Shown: positions 26,640 to 40,168 of the stretch, piece after piece
Position numbering within the stretch: the stretch's first letter is position 1
Layout of the letters: every line of letters begins with the position of its first letter
NCBI GenBank assembly: GCA_951406725.2
Contig: OX597822.1
Location: forward strand, 61,628,001-61,692,000
Direction of reading: 5' to 3'
Source: Octopus vulgaris
Lineage: Eukaryota
Length of the DNA stretch: 64,000 nucleotides
Made by a program: the position numbers and the translations under genes
The notes under the pieces: model-generated
What the model was told of the DNA's origin: nothing
Seen by the model: the letters and a program-made list of their open reading frames with translations, nothing else
Databases searched by the model: none

Positions 26640-27330
26640 GGGATGACCTCGGGATTTATACTAAGAATGTTAACAATGCCAAAACACAGCTGGAATTAAT
26701 TTACATTTTCAGCTAACATCCGAATGGAATTTGGCCAGAAGAAATGTCCCTATTTGACAGTTGAACTGGGAAAATCAGTTTCCGAAACACAAAAACCTAT
26801 ATTTTAATGGTCCACTATCTCTCCTGTCCCATAAAAAGAACGCTAGAAGTACTCAGGTATTGATTAGAATATATCATAAGAAGGTACTGTGAATAAAGAT
26901 AGAGTGACCCAAGAATATTGCACCAGATTAAGAAAAAATATGGTAGTCTCAACTCTCCTCTTATAAGACAATATCCTACAATACATTTGCAATCCCATTG
27001 CTGATTCCAACATTTGGGATAGTTGTTTGTAGAAGAAATCCACTTCATAGACATTAAAATCCGCAAGATTTTGACATCAACTGGAAATCTCCACAGAAAT
27101 AGTGAAATGAACAGGCTCTACTTAATAAGAAATAAAGGAGATAGAAGCTTGGTATCAGTGCAGACAGCCTTTGAATGTCGCATAATCTCTCTCAGACAAC
27201 ACTTGTTAAACAACAGGAGCAAAAGTAAATACATGGACTTAGCGCTGAAAAGTGACGAGAACAATATCCTACGTGTTGGAAGTGTGCTCCTCAAGAAGTA
27301 CTCTCTTTCTGATTATCGCCTATTGTAAGT
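26640..27330 (+). pseudogene. Decayed R4/Dong RT fragment
   Basis: IRMEFGQKKC..KYSGID..IDIKIRKILTSTGNLHRNSEMNRLYLIRNKGDRSL. Confidence 0.8.
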
Positions 27331-27339
27331 TATGATACG

Positions 27340-27525
27340 GCTATTGTTCACAACAGAACATATAGAAAGGTATGCCGTTCAGTTGCAAGATTAAAACGAT
27401 TTGTCAAAAGACTTCATATTGTGGCGCCTGTTCCTTCTGCCAGCCAGCACAATTGTGCGTTATGCAATAAAATGTGCAAAGTTTTGGCAGGGTTCAAGAG
27501 TTATATAAGGGTTTCACACTGCATT
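27340..27525 (+). pseudogene. Possible RTE LINE C-terminal zinc-knuckle remnant
   Basis: HNCALCNKMCKVLAGFKSYIR resembles the RTE C..C.K.C...GL.SH.R motif. Confidence 0.4.
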
Positions 27526-27586
27526 ATTAATAACTCATTTGAATAAGTATTTCTAGCAATAGCTATGATCGTATACGAGAAAGCAG

Positions 27587-27680
<94 letters not shown>

Positions 27681-28198
27681 AGATGTGTGTGTGTGTGTGT
27701 ATGTGCATGGATCGTGAGGGGCTGGCATCTGTCAATTTGAGAACTGCTACTCTAGGACATATTTCTGGAGGTCTGACATTCGTAGTCAATTTTTGGGCTT
27801 CCTTTTTGAACACATAGTTGGAGATTTGTATTAGACCAACCAATAGACAGAAAAAGATCCTGCATTTGGCAATTCTGAGCACGAGATGTTATGGTAGGCA
27901 GAGCTCTTGAAGGAAAATTTTTAAAATATGGTCTTTTAGGTATGTGGTATGGAGCTGGATGCAGAACAGAAAAATTATGGCAATTTTAATGATACTTACG
28001 GCAACGTATTGTTGATGACGGGTGAATAGAAGAATTCTGTAGTTATAAGTTCATAGGGATCCTCTTGGCAAAAGGCAAGAGGACTCATCTTTAATCTTAG
28101 TTTTGTGTGGATCACATAAATATAGAATAGTAAAAAACACATGACAGGAATTATTTAACTAGACACAGTAAGTGTCCAACGACACGCTGATTACTCAC

Positions 28199-28290
28199 CG
28201 GAAGTAGAGAAATATGACACAGGCTGGTAACAGCAGGATTATACTAAACAGGCTGAAAGTTGTATCGACAAATATGATGACATGATGTTT
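28199..28290 (-). CDS. Class B1 GPCR exon: TM1
   Basis: ctctttttcttctccttgcag|AAA CAT...TTC CG|gtgagt, 92 nt, phase 0 to 2. Encodes KHHVIIFVDTTFSLFSIILLLPACVIFLYF(R), a hydrophobic helix ending in the class-B-type IFxYFR. Confidence 0.93.
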
Positions 28291-28676
28291 CTGCAAGGAG
28301 AAGAAAAAGAGCGATATATGAATATACATATATGGTGAACCTCCCTGTCGTAAATGATGGAAGGGGTTTCCGCAACATTTTATGGAACCACCTGCAATAA
28401 TGACTCGTTTATAGGGATTAAATGTTTCTGCTGCGTATTAGCTCACTCACTCCGTCAAATCAACATTGCCTGTACGTATGCACAGTGTACTACAAATCAG
28501 ATGTCGAAGTGATAGCAGAGTATATTGCTCACGGACATAACGCAGCGCCTTGTTCGAGAAATCGAAATCGCAGTTTCGTGAGTGGAACACTAGGCCAGGC
28601 ATCTTCACATCCATCCATCCATCTATCCGACCCAAGACCACTAAGCATTTCGTTTGGCGCACTAACATTTCTTATT

Positions 28677-28911
28677 TCTTATTTCTTTACTACCCACGAG
28701 GGGTTACACACAGAGGAGACAAACACGGACAGACAAACGGATTAAGTCGATTACATCGACCCCAGTGCATAACCGGTACTTAATTTATCGACCCCGAAAG
28801 GATGAAAGGCAAAGTCGACCTCGGCGAAATTTGAACTCAGAACGTAACGGCAGACGAAATACGGCCACGCATTTCGCCCGGCGTGCTAACGTTTCTGTCA
28901 GCTCGCCGCCT
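28677..28911 (-). mobile_element. SINE family A, full-length (diverged copy at 29110-29312 in the same 1-kb intron)
   Basis: Very similar to 2321-2551. Confidence 0.9.
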
Positions 28912-29347
28912 TAGAAATAAATAAATAATACAATCGTTACAGCACCATACCAAATACTTTGCAGTTTTTAATTACGCAAATTTAAATCCTTGGTTCAAAT
29001 CCCATTGAAGACGAGTGAGCATTTCATCTTTCGAGGACCTACTCACGAAGTATCAGTAAAATAGTGAAAAGGATGGTAGCACCGATATATTATCTTGTGT
29101 GCCAAAATTGGTCTCAAATTTTTGCTCAAGATCAGTATCTTCGAGGGAGGGGTAAGTCAATTAGATCGACCCCAGTGCTCAACTGATACTTATTTAATCG
29201 ATCACGGAAAGAAAAGTAAAGTCGGTGGAATTTGAACTCAGAACATAAAGCAGGTAGAAATGCCGCTAAGCAGTTTCTCCGGCGCTGTAAAGATTCTGCC
29301 AGCTTGCCACCTTCTTGTGTGCCAACATTAGAAACCATATGACTTAC

Positions 29348-29451
29348 CTCAATATCGATACACGTGCTGTAGTTAGACCATTCTTGTTGATTTTGGGGAT
29401 TGCGCCACCAGGTGCCGTTAGAAGTACAGTCTTTGTAAGCACCAACTGTAC
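29348..29451 (-). CDS. Class B1 GPCR exon: end of the hormone-binding domain
   Basis: tttactttag|GT ACA GTT...ATT GAG|gtaagt, 104 nt, phase 1 to 0. Encodes (S)TVGAYKDCTSNGTWWRNPQNQQEWSNYSTCIDIE, matching the A-x-K-x-C-x-x-NG-x-W...W-x-NY-x-x-C motif. Phase matches the upstream exon. Confidence 0.95.
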
Positions 29452-29627
29452 CTAAAGTAAAATATTTTGTATAAACATTTATGCTCTGGAGAAAGGATGG
29501 AGCTCAAAAAATAAGGTAACTAACAATAAAAACAATAAAATACCAACAACATTAATTAAGTGAGATTATGCTGTCGACGACCAGACATATCAGCTAAATA
29601 TCCTGCAAATCACATTGACTCTCTTAA

Positions 29628-32058
29628 CCCTTGGTCTACCACAGAAAATGTATGTCACTAAGTACCAACTGGGTCCAATGGACTCGATACTTTTCTTTTA
29701 ATTAAATTATATTCAAACTACCATTAGCTACATTATATATGATATCAGGCGAATAAAAAATTACTGTTTCTCACAAATTTTTATTAAAAAAATACAGCAT
29801 ACAGAATATATAAATTTTAAAAATTACAAAAGTACAGAATTACAGCTTTTCATGGTAGTGAATGCAGACAACATTAGAATGTTCTTGGAAAACATAGATT
29901 TACAATTCTTACATGTAGTATGAGTTCTGTCTTTTTTGGGGCCACACAAAGAACATCTTCCCTTTTTCTTTGGTTGAGGAATCTCAAATGAGGTTGAAGA
30001 TTGTGTTCTTTCTTTGTTTGGTCGAGAAATATTAGCAGAACTAGATTGTTTGTCATATTCTTGTTGAGCGTTAACTCCAGCAAGTTCCTTTCCTAACTGA
30101 ATTAAGCACTGCCTTCTTTTATCCTTGAAACTTTGCAAGTGAAGCTGTTTAGCAACAATGAAAGCATTCACTGCACTTATTTCAATCATACTGTTGAATA
30201 TAACCATATGCCATATTCGAGTCATTCTTTTGCAAGTGAATGTCCTTACCATCTTATCTAGGGTAGTTACACTTTTTGTTTTGTGGTAACATGTAATAAC
30301 TTCTGGTTTCTTTTCAGCATTTTTTTAATCAACTGAAGGCTGAGAGTGCAATGTACTCATAAGTGTGACTACATAATCTTTCTTGGAATAATAAGATAGG
30401 ATCATAAAATCCTTTTGAAATCCAAATATTGTGCTGTTGATTTCTCTTTCTTTCCATTTGTGAAAGCACTCGGAAGTTCAACTCTTTTCTTTCTAATTGT
30501 TCCAACTAAAGTAGTTTTCTTGCTAAGCAGCTTTCGAGCCAATCCTTGACTTGTAAAAAAATTATCACAAGTTATATTGCGACCAGTATTTTCAAGTTCT
30601 TTACTAGGTCTTCAACTCTTGAACCTTGATTTGTCTCTCTCCCTTTTACTGGGTCTTTTCCAGTGTAGATTTGCATTTTCTAAGCATAAGATGTTTCACT
30701 GTCGCATATTGCCCAAATTTTAATTCCATATTTCCCTGGTTTTGAAGGAATATACACCCGGAATGGGCAGCACCCATCTGAATGAAACTAATTGTTCATC
30801 AACTGTCATGCATGAACTTGGAACATATCCATCTTGCAAATTCTGAGTCCACATTTCAAATACTTCTCTTATGGGCTCCAATTTAACATCACTTCTCTTT
30901 TTTCTTCTTGCACTAGCATCATCAAAATGCAATACTTGTATTATTTGTTGAAATCTTCCCCGGCTCATAATTTTATTGAATATTGGGCGGCCATCTTCTT
31001 GATTCCATAATTGTGTGACATTTCCATGTTGAGATTTATAAATACCAATAAGAATAATGAGTCTAATAAATTTCTTTAGTTTAGAGTGATCAATTTCCTT
31101 CCATATATCTTTGTAAACAACCTGACCATCAACATTTACGAATTTCTTCAAGAAAAATTCTGGCGCATAAAGATAGTAAAACGTTTCAATGCTATCAAAA
31201 GACCTTTTAGCAAAACAGGATGGTCCACATTATTGGTGAACAATATTGCAAGATGAAGTTCTTACTGCTACTTAAGTAAGAGGGTTAGAATGCCAAACTT
31301 CTTTCTGTCTCTAGAAACATATTGCTCATTCATAATTGGGTTGTAGATAATTGTTTTTGAGTATCTTCATCACCTGATGACACAGAACCTAAACTGTCCA
31401 GCACACAATCACTTTCACCATCATCTTCATAGCAATAGAAGGGATCACTACTATCTTCTTCCCATTCTTCATCTAATTCCAATAACCTTTTTGATATTTG
31501 GTCTTCACTCAAGTTTTCACAAGCACAACTGAACTATATGAAACTTGATAGTAGACTAAAGGTAGATATTGCTCTCTTACATATTAATACTCTCCTGAAA
31601 GATGATGCAATATATTGTAAGAATTGCGTCATGACAAATATTGTGTCACCCTATAACCTAGCAGACTGAAGGTGATGCAATACCACACAGATTTACAGGA
31701 ATATTTTCATAATTTTTCTTATTTTATCTAAGATTTAGCAAATAAATTGAATACAATTTTATCTATTTTTTATATTTGATAAATATCTAGGAAAATAATA
31801 TTTGATACTGCTTTTATTCTGTTTAGAATGACAAGAGTATTTGTCTGAATTCAATTCGAGGGTCCAATGGACCCATGCGGTAATTAATGTATAAAATGAA
31901 ATTTTCTAGCTTTTATAAACATACGGAAAATTTCCCATTTGACAAATAAAAGAGTTAAGAAAAAATAAGAGTCACGAGAAATCAGCAGAATCAAACGGTA
32001 GGAAAAAGCAAGTGAGAAAACTGAAATGGGTCAATTGGACCCATTGGTAGACAGAAGG
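29628..32058 (-). mobile_element. Full-length piggyBac DNA transposon with pseudogenised transposase (PGBD4-like)
   Basis: TTAA on both sides (29624-27, 32059-62). TIRs CCCTTGGTCTACCA / TGGTAGACAGAAGG. Subterminal palindromes like GGGTCCAATGGACCC at about 29671, 31860 and 32028. Minus-strand fragments 29824-31512: acidic N-terminus, MSRGRFQQI..HFDD, TVDEQLVSF, GRNITCDNFFTS, VRTFTCKRMTRIW, C-terminal RCSLC..CKNC. Confidence 0.93.
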
Positions 32059-32233
32059 TTAAAGAAAGAAAGGAGCATATCTGAAGAAAAGACGCAGACA
32101 CGACCATGTGGTTAAGGGGCTCGCTTCTTGTAAGTGAAAATTTGCATGTGACCACGATACATATATAAATACACATGCATACGTATATAAATACACACAC
32201 ATACATACATACATTCATACATACATACATACA

Positions 32234-32264
<31 letters not shown>

Positions 32265-32539
32265 CATACATACATACATACATACATGGTGGTCACTCCA
32301 TCTTCACAGATGACTGCCAGCTCCTTGTCCTTCTTCGTTGTCGATGGCATTTCTGACTTTGTTTCCATGTTCTCTCAGATGAGTAGTCAGTCCCGCTGCT
32401 TTGTAACTGCGCACTTCCATCTGGCAAGATCTATACACGTCCCCAGAGTTGAAAGAAATAATACTAATCATTTTATCCGACGCTCTCCTGATTCTGCCAG
32501 CTCGCAGAACATCAATAACAGCAGCAACAGCAGCAGTGT

Positions 32540-32755
32540 AGGTGCAATGGCCCAAGCGTTAGTGCAGCGGACTCGCGGTTGTAAGAACGCGGCTTCGATT
32601 CCCAGACCGGACATTATGAGTGTTTATTGAGCAAAAAAAACCTAAGCTCCACGAGGCTCCGACGGGGTGGGGATGAACCCCGCTGTACTCTTTCACCACA
32701 ACTTTCTCTCACTCTTTCTTCCTACTTCTGCCACAAAGCAGAGGAACCATGGTGT
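32540..32755 (+). mobile_element. tRNA-derived SINE, family D
   Basis: ggtgcaatggcccaagcgttag..ttcgattccc head. Matches the reverse complement of 59625-59843 (gctgtactctttcaccacaactttctctcactc..ctgccacaaagcag.ggaaccatggtg). Confidence 0.85.
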
Positions 32756-33014
32756 AACCCACTATAGTGTGGTAAAACTTTCAGACCCTAGTCTAGATTG
32801 CGAATCCTCTGTACCCCAGGATGGTTCAGCTCTCCACCCGTTAAAGGCCACCGTTTACGGAATGAGGATAACAACGTAGCTTTCGCGCCCGTGCAACCGC
32901 CAGTCTATCGCGTGTGGTGAGTGGATCTTCAAGTTGCCACATGCATTCTTAGTAGCTTAGAGTAGGCTCGAATTAGAGATTATTCTTTGTGTATAATGAC
33001 GTGTGTCCTGATTG

Positions 33015-33098
33015 GAAGAAGAAGAAGAAGAAGAAGAAGAAGAAGAAGAAGAAGAAGAAGAAGAAGAAGAAGAAGAAGAAGAAGAAGAAGAAGAAGAA
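33015..33098. repeat. (GAA)n microsatellite
   Basis: Directly visible. Confidence 0.95.
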
Positions 33099-34942
33099 GC
33101 AACAAAGGCAATAACAACATCATCAATAGCAGCAGCAGTAGCACCAGTGGCAGCAGCAGCATTATATAAGACTGAAGCAACGAAGTAGACTATATGTCAT
33201 TGATCAGTAAAGCCGTATTCGAATCCCGCTCTGGGGCCTTAAAAACGGAAGGGTATTTAGTTCTTGATGCGTTAAGTCCAAATAGCAAACGGATTGGTCC
33301 CTTTGATCGTAGATTTAGTGAATCAGGGTTGAACTGGGATTAAACAACAACAACAGTTATAAGAAGGCGATCTCACAAGATCTCACGAGATACAACAAAA
33401 GAACACTGCGGATTCTGAGTGACTCTGAGCGCTAGTTATATTTATGACATATTAAACTTACGTTGGTGTTTTAGGACGCCCTATAAATTTGACTACGTTT
33501 TACCTTTGTTTATGTTTAAGCTTTCCTCCTTTTTTACCCAACTCTCCTTAGTCTCCAGGTATATAGATGTCGATCCCAGAAGCCTCCATGATGCTTTCAT
33601 GAGTCAGAGGAGGAACAGAGGCCACACATCTTATAGGTAATTAACAAAGAAAGGACTTGCCTTTGACGGAACAACTTACGATCATTCTGTCGTTAACATG
33701 TTCCACCTACTGACGACAGGATGATTATCAGCAAGTGAAATATTTCTGATCTGCGCCTCGGCCGTCCCAAAGGCTATGTCTAGATATTCAACTGTTGGCT
33801 AAATGATCAGTTGTAAATGTAAATTCTATTGGGAAAAAAGTGCGCCCCTCCTCACAATCCCATTGCCTTCACATCCTTCATTGTTGAGGACTTGTTCTAT
33901 TCCGGTGGTAGGGCTCCACTCCTCGCGAATCTCTGATGCTTTCACACCACTAACTGGTGGTAATCTCGAAGTGGGTTTTTCTTCTTTTGCTGCAATAGGT
34001 TGAGACAGACTGATTTTATTTTTTCTACTTTCTGTTTCCCATCATCGATGACGCTCTCCAGCCCACTCCTTGTCACAAGATTTTGAGTTAAGGCTACTCG
34101 TTGCATAAAGTTTATAGGACGTGACATGAAGTGGCCACTACTTCGGTATCTACGATTTCTCTGAGCTGCTCTTAGTTGTTTTCTCTTCTTTTTTCACCCT
34201 TTCTAGTTAAGAACAAAAGCGCTTTAAAAGCTTTTGTTATCACAGTATAGCAGCTGGAGACTTTGCTCTGCACCATTAGTTTCTTTCCCATTGTCTCGGC
34301 ACTTTCAACTGGGCACAAACCTTCCATGACCTTGTAGCTTTTGAGAGTCATTAAAATTCTGACGAGTCAATCCAATCCGCCACCATAATAATATTAATAA
34401 TGATAATTTTGAGTGTAAGAGTCATGTAGATTACGCCGACTCCAGTACTTGAATGGTACTTTATCTTATCGATCCGGAAAGTTAGAAAGACAAAGTTGAG
34501 TTCGTGGGTATTTGAGTTCAGATAATAAAGAGCCAGAGGAAATGCCGCTAAGCCTTTTGTCCCAAGTGCTAGCAATTCTGCCAACTCGCGGCTCAACCAT
34601 ACTATTAATAATAATAAATCTTACAATATTAATGTTAACAATAATAATTTTAGGAGAATTAGATCCAAGACCATTTATCTAGTATTTATTTTCCAAATCG
34701 GAGAGATGTATGGCTAACTGTACAGTATCTAGATTTAAAGAGGTTAGGGGGCATTAAATGAACTTTCGACCGATTGACTTTGGGCCATCGGAAAATATCT
34801 CAATCTCATAATCCCTTCCTTTAAACCTGACATTAATGGTAGTAGAAAAGGATTTGGCTTATTTGAAAGTTTGTGCAATATTCAAGATAGAAAATGGAAA
34901 ATTAGAAAAAGTGGCGAAGAGGTAGTGTGTGTGTGTAAGAGG

Positions 34943-34997
<55 letters not shown>

Positions 34998-36219
34998 CAG
35001 GACAATAGAAAAAGAGACATTAATGATGAAATGATATGAAAGCATATTAGCAGCCATTAAGAAGAATGCCAAGGGAGTGAAAGCGATTAGTAATATGATT
35101 GAAAGCTTAGTAAAATATGGAAGATGTTGTTAAGGCCACCTTTAGAAAAGAAGAGAAACAGCTGGGACTGGGTGAAGTGAATTGGGTTGAAAAGGGTACT
35201 GATAGACGAGAAGAATCTGAAATTATATTACTTAATATCTCCAAAAGAAAGAGGAACAAAAGAACAATTGGATTATAAAACAGCAACGTAGTAAACTCAT
35301 TAGAGATAATTAATATCATATACACAATAGAAGCAACAGGTACAGGCGTTTCAAATGCCTCTAATTATACACGTGCATATGAGTGTGACGTGTATATATA
35401 TATATATATATATATATATGCATGTATATTTATATGTATGTGCATGTGTGTATCTATTTCTTTACTACCCACAAGGGGTAGTGCATGTGTGTGCATGTGT
35501 GTATCGCTACACACACACTCACGCACACGCATGTAACACACACACACGTGTGCACGCACATACACGCAAGCGTAGTGGGTTTTCAGTAAAACATTGCATG
35601 ATATTTAAAGTTAAAAAAATTTCAAAGCTAAATCAGTGCAAATTTGAAATAAAGGAGCGTATACAGAAGAAAAGAAAATTGAAGAACAATATGTGCTTAG
35701 CTACATATATTTTGCTATTTCTGAGTTAATACCCCTCTCTTAGCAGAAAATAGAGAACTGTATGAAGCTGGTATCTTTTAAACAAATTTGCAATGTATAG
35801 GCTTTTAGTTTAGTTTACCTTCGTATGCATATATTCGAGCGTTTGTGTTTGTGTGTGTGTGGTGGTGGTGGTGGGTAAATATGAGAGAATAATAGGAGAC
35901 AATATCATTGATATTATATGTATTTATTTTCTCAGATGAGGTAAAAATGGGTGCAAAAACGTGAATGCAAACGTCGACACCTGAAAAATTTCTAAGAGTA
36001 TTCGAAAACTGGGTTCAAGATGACGCAAATGTATCGTTTGTAATGTTGAGTAATATCTTTGCATAGAGGAACGAGTTACTCTGCCAACATGTGCAGATTG
36101 AATGATATATATATTTGTGTATACAATCTTCGTGCAAATACGCAAACGCATATATATATATATGTGTGTGTGTGGGGGTGGTGTTTATATATATATGTAT
36201 ATATACATATAACTACATG

Positions 36220-36400
36220 GGAATCGTTGGCGATTTTTTTCCTCCGTCTTCCTTTTCTGTTGGACTTTCCTCTGATTCTGAAGAAGAGCTTTGCTCGAAA
36301 CATAAAACCACCTTTCTTTCCTTCTCTGACCGTCTGCTAATGCTTTACATGTACCATATCCTCGCATTATTGTTTTTTGTGTTTGTTCTTCGTTTTTTTT
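36220..36400 (+). mobile_element. Penelope-like terminal fragment with hammerhead-like core
   Basis: CTGAAGA-A-GAGC-ttt-GCTC-GAAAC at 36278-36301, related to the motifs at about 18600 and 22630. Confidence 0.55.
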
Positions 36401-38135
36401 TTATTTACTATATATATATATATGCACACATACATACTATATATACATATATATGTGTGTGTGTTTGGTGGCTTTTGCATTTATTTCGCTGTGTTGTTGA
36501 TGTGAAGTTGTAATCAAACAGATATTATTTGTACTTTGGTGAAGTCATTTTACCATTTAAAATATTGCTTGCACTGGTTATAGTTTATATCCCAATTGTT
36601 AAATAACAATTAAAAAAATTCCCTGCTCAAAATGCTGAACCATATCTAGTGTGAAAAACAACTTCGTACACTCTCATAAAGCAAATCTCTTTCTTTTGCT
36701 TGCCAAGCACACATTACATCATTACATAGGGGCTCTATTACGTAAAAGTACTGAAAATAAACAACGTCCTAGAAGTCCAGCTTTGGATGATTTGTAACGT
36801 ATTCAGAATGTGTTAACTCTACGTATTGCAAAAGCTCATATAGGATTTCATCCATCGCGTACAATTCTCCGAATATAACCAACTGAGTCAATTATGGCGT
36901 GTAGAGGAACCGAAAAAAGATTCGAAACGAACAACATCCAAGATGTTAATAGACTGTGCTCCATATACCGGAGCAAATTCTTGAGCAAATTAAAACAAAA
37001 ACGCAAAACAATAACTAAACAAAACAGGCTTATGGTATTGCAGCCACGAATGCTAGGATTAATATTTAACGACAGTACGCCCAAAAAACAACTAGATCAC
37101 ATATTTAGAAAACCAAATCGGTTAAAAAAGATCAGATTCATTAAATCACTAATTTGGAAATACACGCATCAACAGAAACGGCGGATCATACGCAATACAC
37201 TTCCCTGTAAACTTGCGAAACTAGGGATTTAATGTATTGTATGAGGTGCAAAGCTGTGTAGAAGCAAAGGCTCATCACCACAACTTGTTTAGGGAAAATG
37301 GCCTGTAGCTAACTTTTTAATGATAGGATCATACCGGAGCAGGTACATTGAAAAGAGACTATTATCTATAGCACATCAATGTTCGGAAAATGGATAGATA
37401 ACCAACGTTTTTTTTTTAAATCCACACATCCATATAACACGATGCTTAAACAAATCACAGAGGAATGTGTTCTGGAAATTTCCGGAAAAAGATTCCGGAC
37501 CTAACAACTCAATAATTGGGAAAATTGATTGGCGTAACAACGTTTACAATGCCTTCCGCCCACAACAACATCCTGGACATAAATAACTTCTACTACCACT
37601 ACCATTTATGATAATAATAGAAATTTGAGATCAATTACATAGAATATTAGAGAATGGGAACAACAGAACAACCTCCTACCTACCTAATAAATAACAACTG
37701 CAACAAAGATATATGTACTTACATATACGCACACACATATACATATAATTCTATTATGCAATTCAGTTGAATGCATGTGCATCCCAAAACCAAAAAGAAA
37801 ATCAACAAAAGTAGACACACATAGATACATACTTGCACACGCGCACACACACGCGCACACACACGCGTTCATAGACGCTCTCTACAATAAATACACACGA
37901 CATTATCATCTAAATTACGATTAGACCCACACATTCTCAAATACGTAGATATTATAGGCTCAAGACAGAAAAATTTGATAGCAGCAGCAAACTGAGAACG
38001 TTGAAAAAGATGCAGGCGTACAGAGGATGACGCTGACAAATCAATCAATCAATAATTAATTAACTATAAAGAAATTAACCTATAGCCAATGTGTCTATTT
38101 TGGCATAGCGACCCTCTCAATATACAATATAGTAA

Positions 38136-38350
38136 AGCGGCGAGCTGGCAGAAACGTTAGCACACCGGGCGAAATGCTTAGCGGTATTTCGTCTGTCTTT
38201 ACGTTCTGAGTTCAAATTTCGCCGAGGTCGACTTTGTCTTTCATCCTTCCGGAGTCGATAAATTAAATACCAATTGCGTACTGGGGTTGATTGAATCGAC
38301 TGGACCCCTCCCCCCCAAATTCGGGCCTTGTGCCTAGAGTAGAAAGGAAT
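38136..38350 (+). mobile_element. SINE family A with target-site duplication
   Basis: Flanked by caatatagtaa (38126-38136 and 38354-38364), consistent with target-primed retrotransposition. Confidence 0.9.
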
Positions 38351-38386
38351 ATGCAATATAGTAACGCATATATATGTGTGTGTGTC

Positions 38387-38470
<84 letters not shown>

Positions 38471-38490
38471 TGCATATATATATATACGTA

Positions 38491-38550
<60 letters not shown>

Positions 38551-38765
38551 GGGAGAGAGAGAGAGAGATATGCACATATATATATATGTGTGTGTATTCT
38601 TTTACTTGTTTCAGTCATTTGACTGCAGCCATGCTGGAGCACCGCCTTTTGTTGAACAAATCGACCCCAGGACTTACTCTTTGTAAGCCTAGTGCTTATT
38701 CTATCGGTTCCTTTTGCCGAACAGCTGTATGTGTATCTATATATGTATGTATCCATGTATACATT

Positions 38766-39071
38766 GAAGGTGTGTGGCTTAGTGGTTAGGGTATTCGGTT
38801 CACTATTGTAAAGTAGTAAGTTCGATTCGAAGCGGCGTGTTGCGTTCTTCATGTTGCTACATTTCCTTCAGCTGTCAAACATGAGTGGCACCTGTAATTC
38901 AAAGGACCATCTATATCACTTTCTGTGTCACGCTGAATCTCCCTGAGAACTACGGTAAGTATAAACATGTTTGTGGAGTGCTCAGCCACTTGCTTGTTGA
39001 TTTCACTAACAGGTTGTTCCATTGATCGGACCAACTGGAACCCCCGTCGTCATTACTGACGGAGTGCCAGT
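38766..39071 (+). mobile_element. SINE family C
   Basis: tRNA head gaaggtgtgtggcttagtggttaggg..gttcgattcg; homologous to 1-293; followed by (CA)n. Confidence 0.8.
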
Positions 39072-39072
39072 T

Positions 39073-39144
<72 letters not shown>

Positions 39145-39404
39145 TGCATGTATATAAGTTAAAGTTTGTTTATTCATCTTGAGAATATTAGTTAAAAAAT
39201 AAATGTGTCTAAGAAATCCTTACAAGTATACTGATCTTCTGTTATTTCAATAATAATTTGGAATAATGTATTGCTTTTAGAGAACCATTTCTCACGAATC
39301 TTCAGACATATTAAAATCTACTCCTTCTCATAAACTATTATAAACGTATATACATACAATTATCTTTATATATATTATATAAAGACAATCACACGCATAT
39401 AAAT

Positions 39405-39483
<79 letters not shown>

Positions 39484-39484
<1 letters not shown>

Positions 39485-40168
39485 TAGATTACCCGTGGCC
39501 CGTTGGGTCACCGAGGAAGTCTAACTTTCCCCACAACGGAGTTTTGTTTCGTGGATTTATTTTCTTTTCCAGGTTATTTCGCATGATTTCAACGAATGCG
39601 ACATCGAAATCACACGTAAACTTTTCCTTTCCCCAGAAAAGAAAGATTTGGCTGCTATTTCTAGCACGTCCTACTACCATGTAACACATATTTCGGGTCC
39701 TTTATCACAAATAGCTAGGCAGAGCGTGCTATAAATAGCAGCCAAATCTTTGGAGATGAGATACGTTGAATGCACTCGAAAGAAATCTATGGAGAAAATA
39801 TTATTTTACACCGAGGTTACGAATGAGTCTTTTACGAAATATTTACCGTATTTTTAAAGGCATTTTCATTTTAGAATATGTTGCTCATCATAATGTAGCT
39901 AATGGAGAGGTTAGACTTTCTTCCTTTCACGGTTAAGTTATTTTCGGAGTATTTTCCCATTATGCACAGTTTTGGGTATTTATATCCCCAAACTCCGAAT
40001 ACCTCACTAACTACTGGTTCGATTTACGCGAAACTTGTTTTATTCTGTTCATATTCACATTTCAAGGATACTTTACTTTCAAAGTATTTTCCCATTTTTC
40101 GCCAGTTTGGCTGTGTAACATTGCAGGCAAGCAAGCAAGCAAGCAATCAAAATTGAACTTATTATAGA
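39484..40168 (-). mobile_element. Non-autonomous Helitron
   Basis: Minus strand: A|TCTATAATAAG...(GCTT)n...hairpin gtgaccc-aac-gggccac...CTAG|T. This is the 5'-TC, 3' hairpin + CTAG, A-T target pattern, with no TSD. Confidence 0.75.

Noticed and set aside
33200-37620. Possible decayed L1/Tx1 pieces (33.2-34.3 kb minus; 36.6-37.6 kb plus)
   Set aside because: Only faint motif echoes; cannot be supported without a profile search.
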